Positions 10,798 through 20,530 of a DNA stretch of 64,000 bases are shown here, piece after piece (the stretch's first letter is position 1; each line of letters begins with the position of its first letter). Both the position numbers and the translations under genes were made by a program. Below the pieces are notes generated by a model. The model searched no databases. It worked only from the letters and a program-made list of their open reading frames with translations, and was not told the origin of the DNA. This DNA is from Candidatus Bathyarchaeota archaeon (lineage in GTDB: Archaea > Thermoproteota > Bathyarchaeia > Bathyarchaeales > Bathycorpusculaceae), in contig CAVTBV010000013.1 in NCBI GenBank assembly GCA_963733095.1, positions 416,001 through 480,000 of the forward strand, read 5' to 3'.

Positions 10798-11994
10798 CTA
10801 AGCCTCGCCAAGCTTTCTTGACTGATGAGCGAATTTTCGATACCTGATTACCCCGGCAATCGCAAATATGGAAAAAAGCAAAGGCAAGATCACCAGCCAA
10901 GATAATTCTGGAACGGTAGATGTTGGGGAAGGATTGTCGATGCTGGCGCTAGTTCTAATTAACCAATTATTGCCTACCCCATTACCTCCCGCAAGCACAA
11001 AACCTCCGTCACCCTCTTGAATCACTGAATACGCTGTCGAGTTTAATGATAAACGCCACAGCAAATTTCCAGCCGAATCAGTCTTAATCAAGCTTCCAGA
11101 ATCGAAGTTGCCGCAACCTAAAGCGTATCCTCCATCACCAGCCTGAATCACCGACCAAGCTGCACCAGTATCGTATGTTTGGTTCCAAACCATTTTACCA
11201 TTCAGGTCAGTTTTAAACAACAAAACGGTATTGTTTACAGAGCCAGCCAACAAAAACCCTCCATCATCTAATTGAATAACCGAGTACGCAGCACTTTGGA
11301 TGCCATCATAAGTTTGGTTCCAGAGCAAATTGCCTAAATCGTCGATCTTCATGAGAAGAGCACTATTATTCATAAAACCTGCAGCGGCATATCCGCCATT
11401 ACTTGTTTGAACCAGCGACATAACCATGCCGTCTTTACCTTCATAGGTTTGGCTCCAAATTATATGACCAGTTAGATCAACCGCAGCCAACCAAGGAGCG
11501 CCGTTTTCGCTTCCAGCCAAAATGTATCCGTTGTCGCTTTTCTTGATTAAGCTTGATATGCTTGTGTCGCTGTAGTTTTGTCTCCACTGAAAAATGCCTT
11601 GAGAATCAGATTTGACCAAGTAACTGGAGCCGACAAGTGCATATCCCCCATCTGGCGCCTGGACAATAGAGTCAGCTCCACCCAAATTTACATTCATTTT
11701 TTCAGCAAAGTAAAACTTTTCCCATTGTTTGTCGCCCGAAGAATCAACTTTGATTAGCCAAGGTCCGACTGCTCCAATAACTATGCTCATCGCAGAACCT
11801 GCCAATGCGTATCCGCCATCGCTCGTTAGAGTCATTGCTCGAATTATTGATCCTGTGCTGTACTGCTGTTCCCATTCGATTGAAGGTGTGGTTGGAGAGA
11901 TGGCAGTGATCAGAGTTGCTTGTGACATCAAGGCTGCTAACAGTAATACTGAAATGAAAGCGAGAATAAGAGCCCAAACAAATTTTCCTCTCAT
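10798..11994 (-). CDS. Secreted beta-propeller repeat protein with PEF-CTERM-like sorting signal
   Basis: Repeated DGGYxLAG..L(I)KxDxxGxxxW units; ends TVPELSW + TM + basic residues. Confidence 0.8.
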   Translation of the reverse strand: MRGKFVWALILAFISVLLLAALMSQATLITAISPTTPSIEWEQQYSTGSIIRAMTLTSDGGYALAGSAMSIVIGAVGPWLIKVDSSGDKQWEKFYFAEKMNVNLGGADSIVQAPDGGYALVGSSYLVKSDSQGIFQWRQNYSDTSISSLIKKSDNGYILAGSENGAPWLAAVDLTGHIIWSQTYEGKDGMVMSLVQTSNGGYAAAGFMNNSALLMKIDDLGNLLWNQTYDGIQSAAYSVIQLDDGGFLLAGSVNNTVLLFKTDLNGKMVWNQTYDTGAAWSVIQAGDGGYALGCGNFDSGSLIKTDSAGNLLWRLSLNSTAYSVIQEGDGGFVLAGGNGVGNNWLIRTSASIDNPSPTSTVPELSWLVILPLLFSIFAIAGVIRYRKFAHQSRKLGEA

Positions 11995-12662
11995 GCACTT
12001 CCAACTCTTTTGACTGTAGCAGATGCTGCCTTGGTCTTGATTGCGACAACGATGACGAGAACAGTCGCTAACAACGTTAAGACTGCTAACAATGAGAACT
12101 CTGGAACAGTAGGAGTTTGTGTAGGGCTTGGTTGTAATGGTTGAGTTCCTGTAGCAAAAAGAACTGTTGAGGAACTATTTAGGAAGAAAATGTCTAATCC
12201 TCCAGCAAACACCACTGCTTCAGCATACACAGTTAGATAGTGATTTCCTGGTGACAATGCAGGGGAATTAAGAGATGTGTTAAAGTTTGGGATTCCTGAT
12301 GATGAAGAAGCACTTCCATTTTTCCAAATGGTGAAGGCTTGCTCTGTCTTGTCATCTAATGTGTAAGTTATGTTGATTATAGATGAGATCTTTATGTCTA
12401 TGGATGAGTCATTCATGTCCAATTTGGGTCTATCTACATAGAAGTTTATTGTTAGATTATTTGAGGAATATGCTGTGTTGTTTTGTGGGCTAAATATTGT
12501 TATTTTCGGTGGGATTGCATCTGGTCTTGGCTCAATTTGGTGAAATATCCAAAAAGGGTTAGCCTCTACAACCTCAACCTGCATAGCACTCAATACCAAA
12601 ATGACCAGCATTAAGATAGTAAATAGTGCTATGAAGGATTTCTTAATCATGGCTGTCACCAA
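11991..12662 (-). CDS. Secreted Ig-like protein with PEF-CTERM-like signal
   Basis: PPKITIFSPQNNTAY..GNHYLTVYA; TVPEFS + TM. Confidence 0.75.
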   Translation of the reverse strand: MVTAMIKKSFIALFTILMLVILVLSAMQVEVVEANPFWIFHQIEPRPDAIPPKITIFSPQNNTAYSSNNLTINFYVDRPKLDMNDSSIDIKISSIINITYTLDDKTEQAFTIWKNGSASSSSGIPNFNTSLNSPALSPGNHYLTVYAEAVVFAGGLDIFFLNSSSTVLFATGTQPLQPSPTQTPTVPEFSLLAVLTLLATVLVIVVAIKTKAASATVKRVGSA

Positions 12663-13326
12663 ACTTTCTCTTTCTAAATAAGACTAAAACAAGGATTGTT
12701 GAAAGGAATAGGGGTAAAATTATCAACCAAGAAAATTCTGGAACAGTTGAAGTTGTTGATGTTGTGGATGTCTGATTTAAGTTGACTGTTTGTGTGTTGC
12801 TCCAGTCACTTGTTTCAGCAGGGTTAAAAGTAATCTCTGAATAACCATCTCCAGACTGTGCTTGAGTTGGAGCACCAGGTATGTAACCTGGCTTCTGAGT
12901 TATGGCATAGTAACCAGTTTTTGCTTGAATTTGAAAATCAAGCAAAGTACTGTTGCGAAGCAGGGGACTGCTCAGAATTGAATTCAGGAGTGACATTCCG
13001 GGTAGTGGGGGAATTGAAATAATTGTAGTTTTAGAGTTAGATTGAAGGTTATAGTTGCCACTTTCTAGCCATAAATCAGAGTTGTGGTCCTTTACTCTGA
13101 AGTAATATACTATTGAGTTAACAGAACTACTGTTAGTGAATGCTTGATTTTCCACAATTAGTTGTATTGTGCTGTTATTTGGCATTTGAATGGTAAACTT
13201 TGGTGCTGATGGCTTAGTTGACTGGGCATAAACACTCTCAGCCATAGGTTCCACTAAGAAAATTATCACTAAAATAGAAGTTAGTATAGCAAAACCGGGT
13301 CTTATTTTTTGCATTTTCTGCTTCAT
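12643..13326 (-). CDS. Secreted protein with PEF-CTERM-like signal
   Basis: Signal peptide, KPSAPKFT, SDWSNTQTV, TVPEFSW + TM + RKRK. Confidence 0.75.
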   Translation of the reverse strand: MKQKMQKIRPGFAILTSILVIIFLVEPMAESVYAQSTKPSAPKFTIQMPNNSTIQLIVENQAFTNSSSVNSIVYYFRVKDHNSDLWLESGNYNLQSNSKTTIISIPPLPGMSLLNSILSSPLLRNSTLLDFQIQAKTGYYAITQKPGYIPGAPTQAQSGDGYSEITFNPAETSDWSNTQTVNLNQTSTTSTTSTVPEFSWLIILPLFLSTILVLVLFRKRKFGDSHD

Positions 13327-13490
13327 CTAAATAATTACTAGAGGCAACCAGCATATAGTTCTATTCAAAGAACAATCAAACAGCAGGTTGTTCCAAAATG
13401 GAACACTTGTGACAATAAACAGCTCGCCTTGGGAAAAGGTCTTTGATTTGAGTTATAGGACCATACAGGATCATTTTTTATTCACAGTTA

Positions 13491-13626
13491 TTGGAGGTGA
13501 GTTTTGTTTGGTTGATGAGGTAGAGGTATCTGAGAATAGGGAAGCCTGATCGTTTTGGCTGGCACAGTTGCGGGCGCTGCTACTACGTTTGTTGCTTCTT
13601 TGCCGATTCCGCTGGAGATTAAAGCT
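13491..13626 (+). pseudogene. Small two-TM gene, copy 2 (1-nt deletion, 3'-truncated)
   Basis: DNA nearly identical to 14197 onward; gaagcc-tgatc deletion creates a TGA; breaks off at a gattaaagctc duplication. Confidence 0.8.
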
Positions 13627-13650
13627 CGATTAAAGCTCCGGTGGTGCAGA

Positions 13651-13875
13651 TTATGCGAGTAACTTGATGAATTCTTCCCTTTCTAGTTTGGCGTCTTTCA
13701 TTATTTTTAAAAGTAAACCCACGCCAATGTTTTCTTTAGCATGAACCGGAATCACAGTGATTCTACCGTCTGCATGTTTCATGACAACGTGGCTGCCGTG
13801 TTTTCTAGCAACCTCAAAACCAAGAGCAGATAAGGCTTTCATTACTTTTCTGGCTGGCTGTGGTCGAAGGCTCAA
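13651..13875 (-). CDS. hicA: HicA family toxin
   Basis: GFEVARKHGSHVVMKH..ITVIPVH. Confidence 0.9.
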   Translation of the reverse strand: MSLRPQPARKVMKALSALGFEVARKHGSHVVMKHADGRITVIPVHAKENIGVGLLLKIMKDAKLEREEFIKLLA

Positions 13876-14087
13876 TTAGTGGTGACCTCAACAAGCTGTA
13901 AACCGACAAGCTCTATGCCTTCTTTAGGTTTGACAGCCTCAACCTCAAGGTAAGCAGTAATGGCTTCTTTGATGCGTTTAGTCAATTGGTCAAGAGTTTT
14001 GGCTTGCGTGTGACAGCCAGGAAGGTCTGGAACTGAGGCAACATACATGCCATCTTCGTCTTTTTCAACGATTACTGCGAACTTCAA
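13872..14087 (-). CDS. hicB: HicB family antitoxin
   Basis: EKDEDGMYVASVPDLPGCHTQAKT. Confidence 0.9.
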   Translation of the reverse strand: MKFAVIVEKDEDGMYVASVPDLPGCHTQAKTLDQLTKRIKEAITAYLEVEAVKPKEGIELVGLQLVEVTTN

Positions 14088-14196
14088 AATAGATCACGAT
14101 TTAGGATTAGTCAGTGCGCTTACTAAAATCTTCTCGTCTAACTGCATGTTTGAATCTTTCTTGGTTTGAGTTCGCATTTCTGTTTTAGGTTAACTT

Positions 14197-14406
14197 TTGG
14201 AGGTGATTTGTTTGGTTGATGAGGTAGAGGTATCTGAGAATAAGGAGGCTCTAATCGTTTTGGCTGGCACAGTTGCGGGCGCTGCTACTACGTTTGTTGC
14301 TTCTTTGCCGATTCCGCTGGAGATCAAGACCCCTGCAGTTGCGTTAGCATCCACTGTGACGGGTGCGATTCTGCTCTACTGGAAAAACAAAGTCAACAAA
14401 CCGTAA
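14197..14406 (+). CDS. Small two-TM membrane protein, copy 3 (holin-like?)
   Basis: Near-identical to 9040-9249 with the same RBS context. Confidence 0.7.
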   Translation: MEVICLVDEVEVSENKEALIVLAGTVAGAATTFVASLPIPLEIKTPAVALASTVTGAILLYWKNKVNKP

Positions 14407-14604
14407 GCATCATCTTTCTTTCTTTTTTTAAGAGAAAATCAGCTTTTCATAGCCAAGAGTGTTTTTGAAGAGAGGTTGGCTTCTGTTTTTTACGCAGCAA
14501 TGCACCCTTTCAGCCAGTCTCTGGCTCTCTCTTTGAGTCTGTCTTTATGTCAGCCTTCAGTAGTAGCTGTGGTTATACAGTCACAAATCGTTAAGTGACT
14601 TTAG

Positions 14605-14863
14605 GTCAGTTATACAAGTGGCGAATAAAATGATGTTTTTGAATTATAAAAAAGGTAGTTTAGCTGGTTTGCTTTCGTATGCTATTATAGTAATAGTATC
14701 ACGCGCATGCTACGAGTCAGTTACGCAAGTGGCGAATAAACAGATGAATATTTGGCATAATAAAAAAGGTAGTTTAGCTGGTTGGCTCTGGTATGCTATT
14801 GTAGTGGTAGTATTAATAATAATTCTAATTCTTGCTCTGAGATTTCTTTTTGGCATAATATAA
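14605..14863 (+). repeat. Imperfect tandem duplication (period 111 bp); second copy encodes a 39-aa hydrophobic peptide (14744-14863)
   Basis: gtcagtta.caagtggcgaataaa...aaaaaaggtagtttagctggtt at 14605 and 14716; first copy truncated at ~14700. Confidence 0.85.
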
Positions 14864-15024
14864 GGCAAACTCAAAATCAGGAAGAAAGAGCTAAGGGCTT
14901 TTTTATAAATCGCCCTGCCTTAATTGTTGGTTATGCGGTTAATTCGCCCAACGTGCGCCTTCTTTTTTAATCAGTTATTTTTTGGTTTAGCGGTAGCTCT
15001 GGCTTCTTCTTTGTCTGCTCTTTT

Positions 15025-15210
15025 CTAGTCCTCTTCGATTTCTTTCAGCAAGTCTTCATCTTCAACTTGGCAAGTGTTCTCCTCATCCACTTCAACGGCT
15101 CGGTCTTGGATGCGATGTTTCGCTATTGTTATCGCTTCTGCTTTGGTGTCTGCATCTACAATTTCGGAACAGTATTCAACTATGAAGTGATTCTTTTTTG
15201 GTTTGGACAT
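15025..15210 (-). CDS. Small acidic hypothetical protein
   Basis: 61 aa, preceded by an AAGGAG RBS. Confidence 0.55.
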   Translation of the reverse strand: MSKPKKNHFIVEYCSEIVDADTKAEAITIAKHRIQDRAVEVDEENTCQVEDEDLLKEIEED

Positions 15211-15371
15211 AAGTTAGTCTCCTTTAAGCTGAGCTTTTACCACCTTATTATGTCTAAAGGGAAACCAGACCAAAGGCTACTTAATTGATCAGCCATTTTT
15301 TTAGAGTACCGGCAGTATAGTTAAGCATAATTATTTAATACGTGTGGAATCATAGTAGGGTTCGACCAAAC

Positions 15372-15584
15372 ATGACATCTGAAGCTGAACTGAAAGAAAT
15401 TAGAAGTCTGCTGCAGAAACTAAACAAGAAAGTCGATGGGTTAAATGACTTAGTGGAAGAGAGACTAATCGGTTACGAAGAACCAACCAAAGAAGATGTT
15501 GCTGCAATAAAAGAATATGAAGCAACCAAAAAGAATGGAAAGCTAGCCTTGGTGCCTTTGAACGAATTGACAAAAGGGAAATAG
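15372..15584 (+). CDS. Putative antitoxin
   Basis: EEPTKEDVAAIKEYE...LVPLNEL motif common in archaeal antitoxins; directly upstream of a RelE-like remnant. Confidence 0.65.
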   Translation: MTSEAELKEIRSLLQKLNKKVDGLNDLVEERLIGYEEPTKEDVAAIKEYEATKKNGKLALVPLNELTKGK

Positions 15585-15587
15585 CGC

Positions 15588-15752
15588 TTGACCAAACACC
15601 TGGTTTTTGTTGAAGCTAACGCTCAAAAGCAACTCAAGAAAATGCCTGTGCGTGACCAAACAAGAATAATCGAAGTTCTAGATACCTTAGAGAAGGAAGG
15701 TTTGTCGGCTAGGCTTGATATTAAGCAGAAAATGACACAGGCTTACCGTTAG
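15588..15752 (+). pseudogene. 3'-truncated RelE/ParE-like toxin
   Basis: Translated by hand: MTKHLVFVEANAQKQLKKMPVRDQTRIIEVLDTLE...LDIK, then diverges; lacks the RxGxYR half. Confidence 0.65.
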
Positions 15753-15869
15753 GTAATGTGTTGAGTTGATAACATGTTTACGCCTGTTTTGGATGCCCAC
15801 TCGATGTCAGCGACAAAAGACAACAAAGCTATTTAGCTATTAAGACACCTCAAAACAAGACAACAATTG

Positions 15870-16027
15870 CTTGTTTAGGGATACGAGGAATTAAAATTTG
15901 TTGTGTGTCGGAATGGGGTGGTTGTAATTGGCGGGGGTTTGCTGAGGCTCTGGGTTGAAGAGGAAAGGATACAAATGCGTTTGTGGTGAGTAAGTCACCA
16001 TTAGTCTGATCAGAGCCTACTCAGCCC
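15870..16027. repeat. Conserved non-coding element with bulged stem-loop, copy 1
   Basis: Aligns with 21573-21723; CTGAGGCTCTG...CAGAGCCTACTCAG stem. Confidence 0.8.
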
Positions 16028-16091
16028 CCAACATATCACCAACACTTTTTTTGACTAAAAAAGGGGGAAGGAAGTTTTGGTTGTAGGTTTT

Positions 16092-18723
16092 TTATGGTCG
16101 CTTTCTAAGCATTGACAGCACAACTAGAGCGAGGACTATGATGACTAGAACAAATAGGCCTGCGATTGCTGGAACAAAGTATTGATCAGCCATAGATGTT
16201 GTTGTAGCTGCTGCTGGCGTAACTGTTGCTGCCGGTTCACTGGCGGTGAAAGCTGTTGAAGCTGATGATGGATAGTAAGATTCTGAACCTTCAAAGTTGG
16301 CGATGACTGTGTAGTCGCCGGCGATGTCTGGTGTCCAAGTTAGACTGTAGGTACCATAAATGTTGCTTGTGGCTGTGCCGATTGATCGGTAGTTGCCGTT
16401 CGAGTCAACGACATTGACAGTTACTGGAACTCCAGTTACGTCGTTTGGCAATGGCTGCTGCATGTAAACATACTCCATCCATGGAGTCATGCTACCGTCA
16501 GACACACAGGGAACACCATTGGGGAAGTTTACTGATTGTGCCAGTTGTTTTGTGCCAGCTGAGAGATCTGTAATTTTTCCACTAATCGTTATCGGTGTAG
16601 CGGTTGTAACTCCCACGGCAGGTGCAGTAACAGTAATAGCGCTTGGTCCTTTGCCATAGGAATACAGTTGATTGTCGTATGCATTGCACGCGGTCATGAT
16701 ACCATCAGCAATAGTTGCACCGTTCGTAACGTCAAAGCCCGTTATTTTCCATATCAACGAACCATCAGTGGTGTTTATTGCCAGTTGCTGTGCTCCGCGG
16801 AATAAGGGTGGACTATATTCATGTCCCTCATTAAGGAACCAAACTCCATCCGCAACAGACCCACCGCTGAAAACCCAAAGTGGCCATACACCATAAGGTG
16901 TATCAGACCCAGCAAGACCATGCACTATGTTAGTACTTGTATACCACAGTTCTTCGCCTGTCAATATATTAATAGCCCAAATGTCTCCTCCAAAGCCCAT
17001 CAAGTAAATTACGCCGTTAGCAAGAACAGATTGGTAACCGCCGATACTGTCATAAGGATCTGGTACAGGATAGTTTCCGTTATCACCGGTAAGTTGCTTT
17101 GGACCCCATACCAACTTTCCTGTATTCAAGCTGTAAGCGTTAAGTACTCCAGTAGCAGATTGAAGATTAACGAAGACGCCATATCCAGCAGTAGTCATAG
17201 ATTCCCTTGTGAATGGTGTTAGCGTCCGGTTAGTTACCCATAACTGAGAGCCGTCGGTTGCACTGTAACCGGCTTCAATTTCGTAGCCAGTATTGAAATA
17301 AGTTGCATTTCCAGCAGTCAAGTAAACTACATCGCTACTAACGGTTCTAATCGAGAGGGTGGTTGGGAAATTGCCGGTTGAGATGCTAGTAAGCTAGTGG
17401 TACTGACCAAACGACGCCACGTTGGAAATCGATTACGCTATCTTGTCGGGGTCTCCAACTCCAACTTGCAGTAGTATCGCCAGGAACGTATTGGCTGGTT
17501 GGATAGAAAATCGCTTGTGTCGAGTTCCACATATTCAGCGTAGGTTTATGGTATGCATTTGCAGTGCTTGAGTTAACATAGTAGCCAATCAAATTGCCAC
17601 TTTCATCTTCTGTAAGTGACATCGAAGTCCCGTTAGCAATTGTGAGAACATAGTCCCCTGTCATAGCGTCATACATATTGTATGAAAGACCAGTAAGAAT
17701 GGTAGTCGATGATAGTGAGGCTCCAAGCGGGTTTCCAGTGCTCCACAAATACGCGATGGATCCATACTGGTTGGGTGTTACCATTTGAAGTAGTTGACCG
17801 CATCTTAAAGTTTCAGTTGAATCGTGGGTCCATAGTGTTTGTCCCGTTCGCAAGTCTACAGCAATCCAACCTACAGGGTTGGTTGAACTTCCAGGGTATA
17901 GTTCGTAATACATTACGCCGTTCATGATTATGGGTGCCCATTTTGGTTCGTATTGTGAAGTTGAATAGTAGTTGCTTGTGTCTGTTCCGCCAAATTCTCC
18001 TCCAACTAAGCCTCCGAATGCTACAGGCTTTGTCCATAAAATATGGGCGGTCTTTGGCGCTGAAGTGTATGGATTATAGTCTCCGGTTAGGTTGTATCTT
18101 CCGGTGTTGGCGAAACTATGTGCAGCTAGTCCAAGCCAATTTCCAGTAAGTGTCGACCATAAACCGTTTCCAGATTGTACCGGTCGTGTCCAGAAAGTTG
18201 TTGGAAGCGGAACGGTTGGAATGGCGGGTATTGCTTCTTCTTGAACTAGAAGTGTTGCAGGTTCGCTAGTGGATGGTTCAAAATAATCGCCAATGTACTC
18301 GTTATTTGGGCTTGCTCTATTTGCGCCTGCTAATGTTTCTCCTGGAAAGTCAAATACGAAAATGTAGTTACCTAGTTTGGTGGGTGTATAGGCTGTCCAG
18401 GTTCCTCCTGTATCGTCGGATGTAAATGGTCCTAGCGTTTCAGTTGTTCCATCAGGATGTGTTACTGTCACTTTGAAATTGTGCCATCTGTCTCCGAGTG
18501 CTCCTGCAGCTGTTGGTGGAGGTATTTGAATCCAGAATCCAACTGTTGCTGTTTGACCAAGACCGCAGGGGTTCGGTGCAACGTTACAGTAGGCATAAGT
18601 TGGAATGTTATATGCCGGCGTATGTGCGTTAGCATTTGGTAACATAAGCGTTGAAGTTCCCATTGAAATTGTCAAAAGTGTTGCAATCAAAATAGCCATA
18701 GTTTTATTTTTTAGTTTTTGCAT
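16092..18723 (-). pseudogene. PQQ-like beta-propeller surface protein (paralog 1), 1-nt frameshift near 17391
   Basis: ORFs 17386-18723 and 16092-17321 join on removing one T (PLA-TSISTGNF...). Family motifs PNPCGLGQ, HILWTKP, GKGPS, FPNGVPCVSD, TWTPDI, C-terminal TM. Confidence 0.85.
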
Positions 18724-18881
18724 TTTGTTTTTCTTTATCTTTCTTTTATTTTAATACACATAAAGTGTATGCAGCATGTATTCATCTTGAATTGCTTAAG
18801 AAATAGTGTAACCGCAAATTGTTGATGCAAAAAATTCTTATAGAAACGGGGAGAATTTAATACAGTGGGAAGGGTACACAC

Positions 18882-19751
18882 GTGTTTTTTGAAGATGAAG
18901 AAGCACTCATCCTGACCAAGCTTGGATTCACTCAAACTCAGACAAAACTGTATTTGACTCTTCTCAAAATGGGAAATGCAAATGGTAGAACACTCGCAGA
19001 ACATGCAAAAGTGCCCAGATCAATTGTCTACAGGGCACTCGATGAACTGCAAAAGAAAGGATTAGTTGAGAAAGAAATTGCACAACCTTACATTTTTAGG
19101 GCAATTTCAATTCAAAACGGACTACAAATGCTATTAGATCAAAAATTTGAGGAATGTAAAAAAATCCGAAAAGAAACAGGTAAGCTTCTTCGGAAAACAA
19201 AAAACAACCAAGACATGCCACTATCTGACCGACAATATGAGTTCTTAATGATTGACCGAAAAGAAAGGATAATCCAGAGAATGAGACACCAACACGAAAA
19301 TGCAAAACAACGCGTGGACGTTCTTTCTACCCTGCAGAGATGGTTGCAAATTCTTAATGAGTGTTTGCATGACTATGAAAACGCGATTTCGAGAGGCGTC
19401 CGGTATAGGGTAGTTTTAGATAGTTGTAAACAAGACATTGGGCGCCATAAGAATATTCGGGATCTGCTTTCAAATCCAAACGTTTGCCTCAGGTTGAGTA
19501 CCTGCTCACTGAGCGTCAACGCTGCCATCTTTGATGATAAAGAAGGCAGTTTCTGTTTTTATCCCTCAAAGCCTTTGTCAGAGTCCCCTATTATTTGGAC
19601 GAATCATCCTAGCTTCTTGGCGATGTTTCAAAGTCACTTTGAGAATATTTGGGAGTCAGCACAGTGTGCCACTGGAATAACAAAAAGTATAATTCAGCCT
19701 GCCAATTTAAGACAAAATGCGATCAAAACTGAGCAACCTGAATTGAAGTAA
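18882..19751 (+). CDS. TrmB-family transcriptional regulator
   Basis: LGFTQTQTKLYLTLL...VPRSIVYRALDELQKKGLVEK wHTH; PLD-like effector domain WTNHP..FENIW; divergent from the beta-propeller gene. Confidence 0.9.
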   Translation: MFFEDEEALILTKLGFTQTQTKLYLTLLKMGNANGRTLAEHAKVPRSIVYRALDELQKKGLVEKEIAQPYIFRAISIQNGLQMLLDQKFEECKKIRKETGKLLRKTKNNQDMPLSDRQYEFLMIDRKERIIQRMRHQHENAKQRVDVLSTLQRWLQILNECLHDYENAISRGVRYRVVLDSCKQDIGRHKNIRDLLSNPNVCLRLSTCSLSVNAAIFDDKEGSFCFYPSKPLSESPIIWTNHPSFLAMFQSHFENIWESAQCATGITKSIIQPANLRQNAIKTEQPELK

Positions 19752-20002
19752 ATCAGTTTGGCGTGCATGAATTCGAATGCTTTAATGACAATAGCTACAA
19801 TCATAACGCGCTCAGCTGGCAAAATAATGAATGCAAAAGCCACGACGTATAGAATGCCTATGGCGAAAAATCTTACAACTAAGTTGAACCAAGCTGTTTC
19901 GGGAATGAATGTTGGATAGAAAATTGAAATCAGGGTCAAAATTATGGCAGGCACTAAGGGGAACAACCCAGTAATAATTAGAGCCATCGATACTTTGCCC
20001 AT
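19694..20002 (-). CDS. Small multi-TM hypothetical protein
   Basis: Hydrophobic 102-aa ORF. Confidence 0.4.
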   Translation of the reverse strand: MGKVSMALIITGLFPLVPAIILTLISIFYPTFIPETAWFNLVVRFFAIGILYVVAFAFIILPAERVMIVAIVIKAFEFMHAKLIYFNSGCSVLIAFCLKLAG

Positions 20003-20320
20003 AGGTACACAGTTATTTTAAAATCATTTATGCCTTTTCACTCGCTCTTAAACAGAACTTCTTCAACCCGTTCAAGCCTGTCGTCCTTTATCGAAAATAA
20101 CGGCATATTAGTAAATGGGCTCTATTTTTTTAAAAAACTTGGCATTCACATTTTTAGAAACATTGTTATACGCCAGACCAACAAGAAATTGCTGCTCAAA
20201 CTGCCCCCTTTCAGGTCATTGAGTTCGCCAAAAGAATGTTAATAGCGTTTCAACTTTTGTTAACCCTTAAATATGCTTTGAAATATACCCTGTGATATTC
20301 ACCTTAAGGTATTGTAAATA

Positions 20321-20530
20321 ATGAAAATAACTAAAGAAGTAATCGCATGCCTAATTATTGGTGCAATCTTGGTGTTCTTTGGAACATCGGTTAAAAGTTA
20401 CGTCTTTGAAGCATTAGCTATTGTTGTTATAGCTTTCGGCGTCATTCTAGCGGTTTTCTGGGATGACATCTTCAAGACCGACAAGAAAACACAAGAAAAG
20501 AGAGAGAATGAAAATGGAATCGTTGTATAA
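20321..20530 (+). CDS. Small two-TM membrane protein
   Basis: 69 aa; overlaps the SPFH gene start. Confidence 0.6.
   Translation: MKITKEVIACLIIGAILVFFGTSVKSYVFEALAIVVIAFGVILAVFWDDIFKTDKKTQEKRENENGIVV

Noticed and set aside
15941-16025. Box C/D or H/ACA sRNA reading of the conserved stem-loop
   Set aside because: TTGAAGA/CTGA boxes and an ACA tail appear only in copy 1, not in 21573-21723.
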